This document shows positions 22,627-37,420 of a stretch of DNA of 64,000 nucleotides, piece by piece. The stretch's first letter is position 1; each line of letters opens with the position of its first letter. Origin of the DNA: Marsupella aquatica (Eukaryota > Plantae > Marchantiophyta); contig OZ316892.1 of NCBI GenBank assembly GCA_973895155.1, positions 24,375,971 to 24,439,970 on the forward strand, given 5' to 3'. Below the pieces are notes generated by a model. The model ran no database searches. It was not told the origin of the DNA and saw only the letters and a program-made list of their open reading frames with translations. The translations under genes were made by a program, and so were the position numbers.

Positions 22627-25600
22627 TTACTTGAAACCACCTCCCATGGTTGAAACAGCATGAATAGGTGGCCCTGTTGCTGGATCAGGGTGTGGTGTTT
22701 CCATGTTACCTCGCTTACCAGCACTCTTCCTTATCTCAAAATATTTTGCCTTCGCGTTGAGTAACTCCTCATTCAGAGACTGAATTTCTTTCTTGAAGTC
22801 ATTTATTTGTCCCTGCATAGTAAAGTGAAAATAGTCCCACAGAATAGGCAACAAGGGTTCAAATGCATGTGGTAAGAAATCCAGCTAGTTTAAAAATATT
22901 AGACATTCATGAATACAAATTGCATTTAGAAATTCATGAGAGTTGTTGAATAGAAATCCAAATTATAAGATATTAATTTCAATCCAAGCCTTACCACTAA
23001 CATCACTCAATATTTCCAGCTGGCAAAACAACTGAGCTGATCAAAATATTAGAGACCTGTGTCATATGAAGTTCTGATGTCACAGCTTTTAGTTGTCTTG
23101 TTTTCTCAGTCACATCTCGACCTAACACGGTCAGGTGCTCTTGTGCTTCTGGGCCGGGTTGACATGCGAGGATGTTTCTCAATTCAATATATAGTTTTTC
23201 CTTCTCCTGGATCATGAGATCCTTCTCAACAACCTGACATATCCCAATTATAACAACAATCAAATTTCTCTCATTTGAAAAATATGTGTGCATCTTGATG
23301 GGGATCAAATTCTACTCTTCATCCTGCAGTTGCTAGCTGAAATAAGATTTCTAGTTGACCATCTCTACATGAACTATGCCTCACCAATGCTTCCCACACC
23401 TATGGATTGTGGGCACCTATATGAGTATTCTGCAGGTTTTTAAGGGGACCACAAATTATATTTGTATCAGACAAGTTTAATGCCAAAACATACACAATGT
23501 CCAAGAATGCACATTATACACAAATTACGTTCATAGAAAGACAGATTTGAGTTTTTGCCTCTGGCATCTATATTCATTGCCTAAATCTATCAGAACTTGG
23601 ACATCCACTTTACACATGTTTTGAAGCACTTTGTAACAAACAGTGCAATCGAGCTTAATATTGTAGCATTTGATATGTTCAGACTCTCTACACTTCATCT
23701 AACAGATAAATGATAGCTTAAGCCTAGCTGGTTAGGAAGAAAAATGTCAACACCCATTTTGTTAACTGGTTCTGGTTTGTCTTTTCATAAAATCAAGTGT
23801 GGTAATAACTAGTTGGAATTTTATCTGTGACCATCTAAGGAGTAGATTTGGTTCAATCATTCAGCAAACTATTTCAATGTGAGAATGTATGCACCCACTG
23901 TACTGTCATCTGTATCACACAAATAAAATGTTTGTGTTATATTGTACCTCCTCAGTCTTCAAAATGAGGCGCTTTTGCAGGGTTTGAATTTTCAGAATCA
24001 TTTCATATCTATTTGGATCTGTCCCCTCCAGTTTTCGCCAACGATGCACATTCATAGGTGTTTCTAGCTCCTCGGATAGTGCCTTCACCTACATTTAAAA
24101 GGAGGATTCTCAATAAGTCTAGCCTTCAAGTAGATACATTGCTTTGTATGTAGATCTTAATATGATCAACATAATTTAGCTTCCTAGTGAACGAGCTAAA
24201 GCAAGGCATGCATGTTTGGGAAAACTGAGGTCAACTTACTCTGAATGTGATAAAATATCAAGGCACCCATTTGTGCAGATATAAATTAAAGCATATCTGA
24301 AAGTAAACTAGCTTTATGTAATCCAGAAATAAACTTTGGCCCTACCTTTGTACGCTCTTGTATTAGCTCACGACTCATATTGTGAACTTCTCTCTTGAGC
24401 ACATCAATGTTCTTCATTGATCCATGAACCAGAGCAAGCTGCCGTTTCTGATCTGTCAATGTTATCTTCAGTACTCGTAACTCATCAAGTCGGTCTCGAT
24501 ATTGTATCTGTCCTTTAAGCAAAGTCGACCCTTGTATTCGGATCTTCTCATATAAAAGTGCAAGTTCTTCATTCCTCCTGATGAGCTGTTCATGAAGTAG
24601 GACTGATAACCATCAAATAGGATGATTCTTGGGGACTTTGAAAGTTATGAGATCCCACTACTACCCTTTATATTTGCCATAGAAGGCTGATTGAACTAAA
24701 ATGTAGTTTGTGAATGAGAAATTATCATGAAACCCCTGCTAGGAATTGTTGGGTGGCTGCTTTGACAGCCTCTGCCTGCAGTTTATTGAGAGAAAGGTTT
24801 CACATAGAACTCAAGATGATGGAAGAAATCAGATTATAAATTACCATTCAACTAGGATAAGCAGCAAAGATGACAGCCCAATTGGAGAGATTTTATTTAA
24901 GTTCATGAAGTATCATTGCAGTCACAGGAAGGCATCACAGGAGTTCAAAGAACTCGCCTGTGCAGCCAGAATATCCCTTTCGCCCTTAATGACTTCCATC
25001 TCCTTCTTCTGACGAGCTTGCTCATCATCTGCTTCACTGACAATATGGTTTAGATTTTCAATTTGTGCCATACTTTCTGCAATTTTCTCCTCCGCCTCTT
25101 TGATTTGAGCATGTATCTTTGATAGATCACCCTTGAGAAGTTCTCTTTCTTTCTCGACCTGCCAACATATAACATCCACATACTCACAAATTTCACTCTT
25201 CACAAATGTCACTCTTGAATCACCTTAATTATTGTGACTTTAGTTTCATTAACTAAAGCTAGTGCCTCAAATTCAGAGGTGCAATCTCACATACTATAAG
25301 CACAAGATGGGTTCAGATTTTGAGCTAAATTACATCTGAAGTTCCTATACGGTATCATATTACTCTTATAAATCTCCTTGTCCTGAGTACAGATATCTGT
25401 AGCTGGTTTGGACTATTTTAAATGCTAAAATACTTTTCTGAGACTGACAGTCATACGGTTAATTGGCCATCTGTAAGTTGGTAGACCTTTAAATGGTCCT
25501 CGTGCTCTTTCATAAGAGCATGATCTCTGGAGGCCACCTCTTCCTTCAGTTGCTCAACCAGATGAGCCATTACCTTGAACTTCCGCTTCATCTCATCAAT

Positions 25601-28600
25601 CTCATCTTGTGCTTGAACTAGATTCTTGCTATACAAATTTCTTTCAGTACGAACTGTTTCATACAAATTTTGCTGTTGTTTTATCTTACTCTCAGACTCT
25701 AGTAGTTTTTTCTGGAGCTCCATGATTTGCAACTCTCTGTTTCTTATCTCATCCAAAGACTGCACATGAATGAAGATTCCATCCATTACTGTCAATATGG
25801 ATGCATTCAGCTGACCACAAGCCAGGCTTGAACAGAAGATTGCTGCCATATGCATGTGACTGAGAGGCTGCACAAATTGGTATTGGCTGGTCATAGTTGC
25901 CATATGAAACAAAAACAAAACTAACAAATTGAATGAAATGGATGTAGAGATGGAATGAACAAGCCTTCATGTAGTTAGTTGCTGATTTAGATGCCTCTGC
26001 CCCAAATTTTTCACGCTCTAATTCAAGTTTTTCTATCTGTTTGTCTTGTTTCATAGCGGCAGCTTTGTATAAACTGATTTCTGTCTCAAGATTGTGCACA
26101 GCTACTTCGTTTATCTTCACAAGGTCGGCCTGCTTCTGAGTTTGATCCTCTGCCTATGAAGAACTCAACACAATAAGTCAAAGTTTTTTCCAAAGAGTAG
26201 TACAGAAGACTTGAATTAAGGACACTATAAAGAATTCAACATAAGACCTATGCAAGTTGCTCCTTACTTGGTGCATTGATAATAGTGACCAAGTTGCAAA
26301 TTTGGGCTAGTACTATGTAAATTGAGAGGCCAAGATACGCTTACTATGTAAGTACATTTATGCCGATGTAGTCAAGAGAGAGTGTTGCAGGCCCTGAGGA
26401 GTTCCTACTCTAAGAAGAGGAGGAACTTGCAGGCTGTAAGTTGGAAAAACTGAATCCATTGTAAATCTAAAGCGCTTACAGATGATTACCTGTGTTTTCA
26501 TCTTGTTTAGGACATCACGTTCTCGAATGGACTCTTCCAGTCGCTTACGCTCATGTTCTGAGGCTTTGCGTTGCGTTTCCACATCCCTCTCCAACTTCAA
26601 TGTTTCACTAATGAGCTCTTCTCTCTGTCGTTCAACATCTTCCTTCTGTTTCTCAATTGTCTTCAGCTTAGCAACAGTTGCCTCCCGAATCTGGCCAGAC
26701 CTCGTGCCAATGCCACCCAGTCCTCATATGAACCTTGCCACATCTGCAAACAGCTTTGCTGTCGAACATCTTCCTTCACTTTGTGTGATTCAAACTTTTG
26801 GCACTACTTATAATATATAATGAGAAGCTGGACCTCAAATGAATCAGGGGTGCAGGTCTAAGAACAGTCAACTGTAGTTGTCAAAGTAATGCCAAACCTT
26901 ACTGTCAACACAACTTTTGCACTCTTTGGGGGGGAGGTCCACTAGTTTCAAAACTTTTGACATTGTTCGAAAACAAAAGAAGGTAATTTGATTCATTTTT
27001 GTGGTTTGAACTACTAACTAGAAGTATTACAGAAGAGATAATGCAATAAGGATCCGTAATTGCCACATGTCAACACATGATGATGGATTGCCACATATCA
27101 ACCTATGATTTATACTTCTAATTTACTTCATATTATGTTAAAGGAGGTGTAAACAGGGTTCACATAAGGTTATCCCTATATGAACTAAAATGACACAGAA
27201 CACTCAAGAATTCCTGAAGATACTAGTATATTTCATATAGTGATTTTACTCTATCTGCAATGAGTAATACTGATGGCTACTAGGAGCACTTTATACTGGA
27301 AGCTATGGTTTATAATAGATGCAGGACTTCAAAGCAATCAAGAATTGTAGTAGCACAGAAGGCTTTCCCTTCACTTTGGGCCCTGTTTGTAAATTATGTC
27401 CAGTCTTGATTGAGGAGGCTTTCCTGCAATTCCTAGACTGTCACTTTTAACCGTACAAATCCAACCAGTAAGTTGAGTACCTCAATACCTTATTCACTCG
27501 GAAAACCTCCTGCTTGAGAAATTCAATTTCGTCCTCTTTGAGTTTCAGCTCCACTTGCTTTTGACTATTTTCAGCCAAAAGTTGCGTGTTATTGTTTATT
27601 TGTTCTTCCAAATCTCCTTGCATTTTGATCACCTGCCCATCAAGACCGATATCAGTACAAATGCATCAGCAGCAGGCTTTTATTGGATAAGAATTCAACC
27701 TCACAAACTACCGTATGCCAACAATCATGTTCACATGCTTTGGTCTTAATGCAAAAGAGTCCATCTAGACCAATTAATGTCGAAGACGATAATATAGTTG
27801 ACACCTCAGTTTTGATTTTCATGTAATGAGTGGAGGACCGTCATCCGTATGTTGACTAAGTATCCGTAATGTCATCAGTGTTGTCGGAAGCTCTCAGTTT
27901 TAAGGAGCAAAGGTACAATGCATAGCTTCAAATTAATTATCTTCGAGACTTTTAATATTTCGGAATGGATGTCCAGTGCAACAAAACTGAACCTCTCTGT
28001 AGATTTAGAAAGAATTCGGTCTTTGAGTTCAGGTTTCAACCTTTTGACTGGCAAATTCGAAATCCTTCGTGCCTTTCTCTAGTATGGACTTCTGTTCTCT
28101 CAACTGGTTCTCCAATTTGCTGACAACTTCTTGTTGCTCTGCTAGGATTACCAGCTTATCCCTCACTTCGTTCTGTTTTTGGTCCAAGCTATGTTTCACA
28201 TCTTTTATTTCCCTCTCCAGTCTCTCTTTCTTCTTCATCTCCCTGTACAAAATGAGCAAGTTTGGCGAAATGATCTCTATGCGTGCCATCTACTGATCGA
28301 ACTCATTTCTGCACTGAGTCGACGTGTGCTGAGTTGAATCATGACTGTGGCGATGTACCATCCATACCTGTCACATTCACCTCTTTTGGCCGAGAGCTGG
28401 TCTTTGAGTACTCCGCATTCGTGCTCGAGGTTGATCTTCTCGGCTTCGGCAGTTTTGCTCTTCTCTTGCCATTCTCCCAACTCTTTCTTGATGTCCATGA
28501 GCGCATACATGTGCCGATCTCTTTCCTTTGTCAGTTCTTCCTTCTCCTGCTCCAGATCGGCAACCTGCAACGAGCATCAAGGCCATTTGGACCGAAAAAC

Positions 28601-30247
28601 AGTGACCATCTTTCAGCACATTACTCGGTGGTCACTCAGTCTCGATTATTCCGATCCAACCCAGAGATTTAGTTGACGTCGTATGAAAAGTTTCATTGGC
28701 CTGATTTATTCTATAGGTCATGGAATCTATTGTCATTTTCGGGCCGCAAGGGTCAAGCCCGATGCAGTGTCTAAATCTGTACCTGGGTGTCCTGCCCCAT
28801 AGTAAGAGTGACACCCTGCTCCACAATCCCGCTCAAGTGTCCTATTTCCAGCTTCAGCTGCCTGTGATCAGGTCGCGCTTTAGCAAGTCTTTGCCATTCG
28901 GCAAATTCATCACTCTTATGCTGGACAAACCTTTACCACGTTTGCCGTTAACGTGCATATTAACATAATGGGGATGTAGAGCAAAGAGATTCAATCGTTT
29001 TCTTGATGTATTTATAGGATTACTAGGAAGACCCTACTAAACATGGTGAAACTGTCTATGTGGAATAAATTCAGTCTGCAGTGACCAAGAAGCAGTACTG
29101 GATATTTTCTTTGGCTTTCGCTTCCTTCTCTTGGGAAGCGTCGACCATTTTCCATGCTTTGTCGATTTCTTGCTTTAAAGCAACGATGAGGTTCTGGTCT
29201 TCTTCGTTCATCTGAAGCGCATTTTGCACCTTGGCCGCGTTTGTAACAATCTCGGCGTTGAGCTCCCGGCATTTCTTGATAAGGCGCTTTTCGCTCTCTG
29301 CAATTCGACGGATTCAAAGCATTCATGAAGATATACTCTGACATGAGCTGAATTTAAGCAGACAGAAATCCCAGATCGACAAAGTGGAACGGTCGGAGGA
29401 CAATTGGTCGACACAGCTCATGCATATAACCTCTATAAATGTTATTCGAAAAAGCGACGCACCTCCCTCTATGTACAAATAGTGGAACCAATTTCGGACA
29501 TTGACAATAATCAGTGATTCATTGTCAATATCCGAAATTGCTTCCGATATTGTCCAAGCAAACTAAGAAGAGGTTACAAACCATGCGACTTCTTGAGAGC
29601 CCTATGCAACTTCTCATATTCGACACGAAAGCGATCCAAAGCCCTGTCATTTTGCAACTCTTGCAGCACCTGCGAGATTTTGGGCAGCAAAATGTTTCGT
29701 CATTTTAACAGATTCAAATACATCCGTGACGTTTTCACCCTCGGCCTAGCAGTTGATGAATACAAGTATTGTATTAAAGAGACGAGTTACAACTTAAGCT
29801 TAGGTGTTGATTGATAATTGATTTAATGCCATTGCAAATAAGTATGAATGTACAGCTAAGTCAGACTATGAAGACTTTTCCTCGGCCCAGTGAACAGATC
29901 GATTGTCGATTTCTGTACCAACGAGAATATGACCCAATTTCATGACTGATGGGAAAATCTATTAGCTCCACAGATCGAAGTCTCCCTGTCATCAAGGCAG
30001 CCTAAATATTAAGTCGTGAATCGTTTTCGGATGGCATCGGTCAGAATTGGGAGATTTTTGTTGTAATCATCTGAGTGACTAATAATTCATTGCAATTAAG
30101 ACTTCACATAGAATAATTGAAACTAAGGACAGCGCTTACTTCCTGGAACTCCCTCTCCAGATGATCAAAGGCACTTTGTTCAATTCCCCCCCTCGGTTGG
30201 TATTCAGGCTTCTTTGCATCATCGTCATCTCCTATGTCAGACATCAT
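22627..30247 (-). CDS. CFAP58: Cilia- and flagella-associated protein 58 (coiled-coil), 15 exons
   Basis: Exons 30140-30247, 29582-29669, 29099-29297, 28783-28861, 28367-28564, 28041-28242, 27489-27632, 26490-26690, 25965-26153, 25487-25759, 24958-25158, 24346-24585, 23948-24088, 23057-23233 and 22627-22812 splice in frame. Family motifs: FRVEYEKLHRALKKSHESEKRL, QQQNLYETVRTERNLYSKNL, QLIRRNEELALLYEK and PMNVHRWRKLEG.DP. Confidence 0.93.
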
Positions 30248-30399
30248 GGTTTAGTACACGACGTCGAGCCCAGTCACTCCGATAACTATATTGAATCTGC
30301 GCCGGCCTAACTGCTGCGTAGTGTTGTACGTTGATTGCAGAGAGGAAAAATTTCAAGTGCAAAGGGAAGAACTGCTGTGACAGCCGTTTCCTTTTGAAT

Positions 30400-30572
30400 T
30401 TGTTTCATACGCTCAAAGATTGAATGCTAAGTTGCTATCCTCGATCAGGCCCTTGCAATGTCCATTTCGAGTGTAGACACGTTTCCGCAAGGAAATGTTT
30501 TCTTACGCCCAAAGACTAATGGCTAATTTGCTACCTTCGATCAGGACCTTGCAATGTCTCTCGACTGTAGAC
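30400..30572. repeat. Diverged direct duplication (about 75 bp) upstream of CFAP58
   Basis: tacgctcaaagat...tcgatcaggcccttgcaatgtc..gtagac versus tacgcccaaagac...tcgatcaggaccttgcaatgtc..gtagac. Confidence 0.75.
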
Positions 30573-33500
30573 GGGCGAATTGATCGATTCGTTGTCCACA
30601 AGACGGCTGAAATTTCAATTGACAGTACAAAGGCCAATGAAACGCATATGATTCGATTACCAAGGGAATCAAATCCTCAGCCAGTGGCCAGCCGAACAGA
30701 GAGCTCCGGTTTCAACTAGGTCAGATGGCGGGCAGTTTGACCTGCCCTATCGTCCAACTGCCAACTTAGGCTGGATTTCACATTATGTCTGAGATGAAAA
30801 GTCGCGGGATCCTTCACTTATTAAGGGCGTCCCTTGTCACCATGACCACTGTAGCTGTATCTTTTCTCTAAGACCGTCCCCTAGCACAGAATTGGATAAG
30901 ATTGGATTGATTGAACTGGTTTATAGTTTGCTGCGGCATCACGAAGGTGCAAGGTTAAGTTAGCCGATTTCCATGACAGACCTCTCTGTTCTCATAAACT
31001 AAAAAACTAACGTTAGGTTTGGGGTACACAAGATTTGAAGGCTACACTGTATCATGTGCGAACAAAAGGGAACACGATTAAGGTCGGAATTGAGGGCCGC
31101 TTGCTGCTTTTCGAGTCCGTAACTCGATCAGAAGCACTTTCAATGTGACAGTACAGGCTCCTACAACAGTTGCCGATGTAATTTCGGCCGAACCTGCTGG
31201 CCTTGGTGAACCATTGGCGACTATCTAGTCGACAGTGGAGCTAGTTTGTTTCCCGGTTTGTTTGTACAGAAACGCGAGATCAACCGTTCCAGCTCCATGC
31301 CATGGTTCTACGTAGAATGGTGACGATGCGTTACCTTAATTTCCCATGGATTTCAACGGCGTAATTGAAGTGATTTCAACTGCATATATCATGGATCAAC
31401 CTCAACTTCTGTACTCCGAAAAATACACATGGTGTGAAGGGTTGGGGCTTGGAATGAGATAAACGCGTGCCATTCTTCGGCTCATTGTCGTGTGGATGTG
31501 GCGTTTTCTGCAAAATTTCGATGAAGGACTCATGAGGGTCAAGATGTAAGGATTCAATACTCAATTCCGAAAGATGAAATGATTTGGAGAAGGATTTGTT
31601 ACTAGATTTCTAATGGATCTCTTCAGAATGTGGATTGATCCCGATGGATTTAGTCGGAGAGGTATAATCGGGTGAAATCGTGTCATTCAAGGGCATAGAC
31701 AGTGATAATTGGAAATACGTTGACGGAGTGAATTTAGTTTGATGTACTTCCCATCCAGTCTACTCTCTCTAAGTGCACATTTCCCAAAGAAGCCTGAGAT
31801 GACCACTCAAACAAGTTTGCCCAATGTGATGAGTGTGCGGATCCTCATTGTTGGCACTATGTATAAGTGCAACATTGATTATCTTGCACTAATTGCAAAG
31901 CATATGATCCTCGTGCCTCCTTGTGCTGCACAATGTCCTTCATAAACCCTGTACCCTATTGCATCAGTGCAACATCATACACTGCCAGAAAAGTGTCCAA
32001 AGTTTTCCCTTCATTTTTATTATATTTTACCTCTTGCCTAATTGTGTATGGTCTTGAGTGGTTTGTGGCCTTTGCCCATTTATTGGTCTGGGCTTGTCAC
32101 TCCTGAAAGTACTTAACCAGGCCTCTCTAGCATCTTTTGGATTTGATATATGGACAGCAAAGATGAACTCATTACTTGACTAGGCCCTTTGAATTTGGCT
32201 CTTAGAGAGACGACCGAGGTGCAGTGGCCCACAAAAGAAAAAAATATTGTGAAAAATATCATTTTTTTCCTTGTATCCTTGAGCGTATCACATGAATGCC
32301 AACTTCAGCAGGGTCAGCCAAGATTGCCCTTTGCCTATCATATGAACACCAGATTGGTAAGGTTAAAAAGTACAGTACAGACGAGGGTGTTTGTTCAAAA
32401 TCATTACTATACCCAAAAATTGCAAAACTAAGAAGGAGATAAATCCGAAGCTAGTAATCTCTGTATTCATTTGATGGTGTCAATGAGCCAGATTGGTGTA
32501 CACATGATCTGTTGAACATATAAAATGTTAATCGGCAAGATAGAATGTCAAGCTCAAAAGTATCACACACTCCACTATTGCATGTTTCATGCAGGCATAA
32601 GTGCAAAATGATCAGGAAAATGCCAAAAATTACATTGAAGCTTGTCCAAAAAACCATCATGGTCAACACTCCTACATGAGGCTCAAAACTCTGAGTGGAT
32701 ACAATTATACTTTCTGTTGACGACAATCCATGTGGCCTATTCTGTTTCGGGTCAGTTTTGCTAATCTTTTGTGGAGGCTGCTATACTATATGGTGCAAAA
32801 CTCTTTGGTTATTTTGTACTTTCAACACTTTTTTGAAATATAAAAACTAAGACAGTTGTTAATATAATATGTTCATCCTACTACATGCCTATTTTGACTT
32901 ATTTGAAAGAATTGAAATGAGAAGACATTGTACTTTTAACTCTAGTTTATGAAAAATAAGTAAATATTGTACTTTCAACACTTTTCTGACAGAGTTTATG
33001 GGTTTGGTTTTCGATCTATCTAATTTTGTGAAAATTAATTTCATTGTTCTTGTCCAAATATAAGGTTGTCGGGAAAAGTGTAAGCTCAAACAATTATTTT
33101 TGCATTGAAAATGGGATTACGTTGGGATTTTGAGGAATGTTCAATCCTTTGATGTGTTAAATTGAATGGTTAGCGGGCTTTTTGCTTTTTGTTCCTTTGT
33201 TGTTGAAGGGGTCTCCTTGGCTTGTTGGACCTCTTTGGTCTTTTTGGGGCCTTTTCCCCTTCCTCTTCCCGCCCCTTTATTGGGTTGGTTTGCTTTTGGG
33301 ACCCTGCTCCCCAGTTTGGCATGTTACCCTTTGGCATTGTGATATATTTTATCTTCAATTAGGAGGGAGTCAACTTGAAACCTGCTCCATGTGGCCATGA
33401 TTTATCCTCATATGTTATTTCCCTTTTTGGGATTTAATTGTAAGTTATCTTCTCCCTCCCTCCCTTGCCCCCAACTTCTGTTCGTTTCTCCACTTTAAGC

Positions 33501-35953
33501 ATATCCTTCATCCGGGTCCCCCCCCCCATCTCTTTCTGTCTATCTTTATGGACCCCTAGTCCCTTTGCAAAATTCCTTGCACGTGATTGTGCCATGTTAG
33601 CGCTTTTTGCCACAAGCACATGCCTTTTGGCACAAACGACAATATTTGCAATGACGTGTTTGTTTCAATGCCAGCAAAAACGGTTCGACCTGGGAGTGGT
33701 ACAAACTTAAGAAAATTAACATGCCAAGTAACATAGAGTGGAGGCAAAAAAATCTCCTTCTAACCATTTCATTTACTGTTTGAATTTAATAAATAAATAA
33801 TATTATTTGATTTATTTATTTAGCAGACAACAACAACTAACTCTAGCCGTTTGATCTGATTGATTGATTGACGCATACGATCAATCATTTGCTACAAAGA
33901 GGACAATGGACAATGGTGCACAAGGGTCACAAGAAGAGATGCATGTGGTCGGATTTCTTAAAAAGACAAATGAGATCAAATGTTGATAGTTAACCGGACA
34001 ATGTGCAATTGAAACCAATGGTACTTAAAGTCAGTTAGCTGCTCTTTGGGGGTTTTCAGGATGTCATTTCGAAGCTACTGGGTAACTTGAAAACTCCATT
34101 TCTAAGCTTACCCGATGAGTTTTCAACCATGATTGTGTTGTCTCAAGCCCATTTGGGTTGAGATTTTTTGTTGTTGCTACCTAGCTTTGGGACCTACTCA
34201 CAAAATAATTGATTTCCAAAAATTTCTGATGACCCTCATCACCTCAATTAGATGAAGGAGATTGAAAGGAATCATGAAAGAAAAATTAAAGGTGAAAGTG
34301 CGGTAGGATTGGGGAACAAAATTAAAAAACAGGTGGAAGGTTGGGGTGGTAACAATAGGGGGAAATTGGGGGTTGCAAGTTTGAAATTAATAAACATTAT
34401 ATATGTAATTTATCTCTCATTCAACAGCTAGCAATGGCCCAACACAAAAATGTGATCAATGCCATTCTTTTTAGACCAAGCCTCTTGCCTGTCCAACAAT
34501 TCATGAGATTGATTGTGAGCTCATCTCACTGGTTTTTGGAAATTTTTGGCTCAAAGTGCCACCAGATGACATGAGGCCTGCGTAATAAGGTATAAAGGAG
34601 GTCTGCTTGGTTTGAATCTGTCGTGAGACAAAGGGTGGTGCTTGAAGAGTGGAAAATGAGATGACCTTTGGAGAACATGATTGTATTAGTTTGCTGACAA
34701 ACATCAAAACAGGGTCCGCAAACTAATTTTCTCTTCCCTGGCTTGCTCCAAGAGCCCTGAATCCCTACCATTCCCCACACAGTCTCCCTCTACCCTTGCA
34801 GATTGATGTGTCATAATTGCACGTAGTATGCCAAGCTCTGTGCATGCACTTTACCAGCTTGGCCAAGTGATGCCTTCCCCTAACTTTTAGATAATGTATA
34901 TAATCTAGACTGCTTAGGATCCCTTACTCTATTTGGGATAATGTAATTACAATCACCATAAGCAACACCATCTGCATAACTAAAACTTTACTGCTGGAGG
35001 GTGCAAAGAACAGCAAACAGACTGGCACAGAGGTCTGCTAACACCCTCGGCCATACTAAAACCAGTATATAGCCAGATGAGTAGCCAGAATAGCAGCACC
35101 GCATTTAGCACCAATAAATATCAACTCAGGGAAAACCACATTCTTATGGAAGCTCCTGAAACTGTTGTAATTTCTAATTCTGATGAGTACCAGCAAACCA
35201 ACACAATCAAATACACAGTGGCCAACATCCAGATCAGTCCAGATCCTTGCGAGTCTAGGGAATAGATGGTTAGGTTTAGTTTATCTCTCTTCACCCCAGC
35301 CCCTCCCTTTTGGGGGGGATGGGGGTGTTGTGTTTATTTCTGCTGGGGTGGGGTAAATTCTATGAGGCTGAGGTGAATCACCCCCGTGCTCCCACCTTGC
35401 ATGTTTGGCTGCCCACAATGTTGGTTCTCCCATTGCACGATTGCACGTGGTACCCAATAATTATATAAAATAAATTAACCACCAATAAAGGAGGGAAGAA
35501 ATTATTTATAAATAGTCTTTAGTTAATTAGAAATACAAGTTTTTGAGAATGAATCTGCCTCACCCCATCCTAGGGTGCGCAAGATGCAATAACTGTTGTT
35601 GTGTCAACAAATCTTGATTCAGTAGAGCAATGAATAAAGAATTCATTTTAGGATCACATCCATATCCTACGATTGTTAGTAGTGGACCAATGCTTGCTTG
35701 AGTGCTTGCTGACCCTTTCTCCATTGCACTGTGTTCTAGTTGCAGTCCCTTGCTCAGCCAATTTAGGAGAGGACCCATTTGACTAATTTCAGTAGTGGAC
35801 CCATGTTTGGGTGATTTTTAGCTCTGGACCCATATATGCTTGACAACTGATGCTTGGGTAATTTCTAGCATTGGATCCATGCTCAATAATCTAGTTGAGT
35901 AATCTGTATACTCCTTTTTCAAAGGTTATCATGCTAAAGGATTGGCTTGGCAG

Positions 35954-36290
35954 CTGGGGGGGTCACTATATGGAGGGCCATACATCACCTGCAACGTTTT
36001 AGGGTTTGACCCCCCTAACCTTTAAGTGAAAAATATTTTTTTGCAAAGCCCTTTTTTAATTTAAAATTTGTCATTTTTTATTAAAAAACCCCTAAAAACT
36101 TTACAGAAAGTATTTTTTGCAATTAAATAGGCCTATGTGTTCTTTAAAGTCGACCAATCAATAAAACATGCCCTATGTGTTCTTCCACCAAACTTTGGAA
36201 GTCTTCCGCCACACCCATTTAAATGGGCCTATACTTCGTCGCACGTGATGTGTCACTTCCGTGGAAGTGACCCCCCCCCCCCCCCCTTGA
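35954..36290. mobile_element. MITE-like element
   Basis: Imperfect TIRs of about 40 bp (ggggggtcact...catcacctgcaacg versus cgtcgcacgtgatg...agtgacccccc) around an AT-rich core. Candidate 9-bp TSD gcttggcag at 35945-35953 and 36291-36299. Confidence 0.55.
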
Positions 36291-36479
36291 GCTTGGCAGA
36301 TTATATTCCTCTAATAGTTACTCAAAGGACACAAGCAAATAACCAACAATCTGGTCCGAGAACAAGTGTGTGAAAGAGGCAAGGTTGGACTCATGGCAAT
36401 TTGTTTACAGTCTAAATACAACCCAAGTGTTAACCAAGCCAACACCATGCAACCGATTGAAATTGTGAGTTATATTGGG

Positions 36480-37420
36480 GGGGGGGGCGGTCATCACTTA
36501 TTTATTGGAAGAGAGCCAAAGTGTTCTTGGTTTGTCAGGGTATCCCACAATGCCCTGTAAACACACCCGGTTCAAAAGTATTCCTCATACCTTCACAAGT
36601 TTTTTGCCAGAACTTGTGATCCTACCATGGTCCGTGATGGTTGATGTACTTTGGCGGATGTTGTGGTATCAAACCCTTTGCACCAGGACAACATCAAGAT
36701 AAATGTGACAACGTCAAGGGCAGCGACATCCCAAGAGACCACAACAAAGGAGGTGAATCTGATACCTTCCTTCCCCTTTTATTGAGATATTTGGTCAGCT
36801 TCATCATCAATTCGATGGGCTTCTTCAACATGTTGCTTGTGATACTCAGGGACGGATGGGTTCCACCGGTTGATACTCACTATTTATCTTGACCATGCAC
36901 TTTTGTTAGCGTATTTCAATGGCCTTAGAGCATGGTCAAGCTTGAGCAATTTATTGTTGATCCTTCATAGTGGGCACTATTGTGCCACAAAGGCTTCCTC
37001 CAGTAGCAGACATTCCTGTCCCACTTGCTCATTTAGTTAGGGCATGGATGTGGACCATTAGCTCTTCACACATTTGTTTCTCATGTGCACACAAGTCCCA
37101 CAAGTCCTTCCCATTACCTACTTTTCCCTTTTGTTTGTTTGTGTGGTTACACTTGCTTTTCTTTTTCCTTGTGTGGTGTTTGTCTTCTCTGGACCTCTTT
37201 TCTTTCCTTAGTTTCATTGTACTTTGGTTTTTCCCTGATTTATTAATTGTGATGGAAGTTTTTCCCCTTTCGAATTCAGCTTTTTTTTTGCCAGTGGATT
37301 AAATATCACAACCAAAGCACTTGATCTTGCTGGAGTCAATATGATCAGTTGTCATGTGTAGCACCGCTACAGCTTCTTTCCTGTGCCTATGTAAGCATGC
37401 TAGACCATGTTCTCTTATTC
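36480..37420 (-). mobile_element. Degenerate LTR-retrotransposon gag/protease-like remnant
   Basis: Stop-riddled minus frames with a basic, IKCFGC knuckle-like stretch and a protease-like FVVVS..ILMLSW stretch; CpG-poor. Confidence 0.3.
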
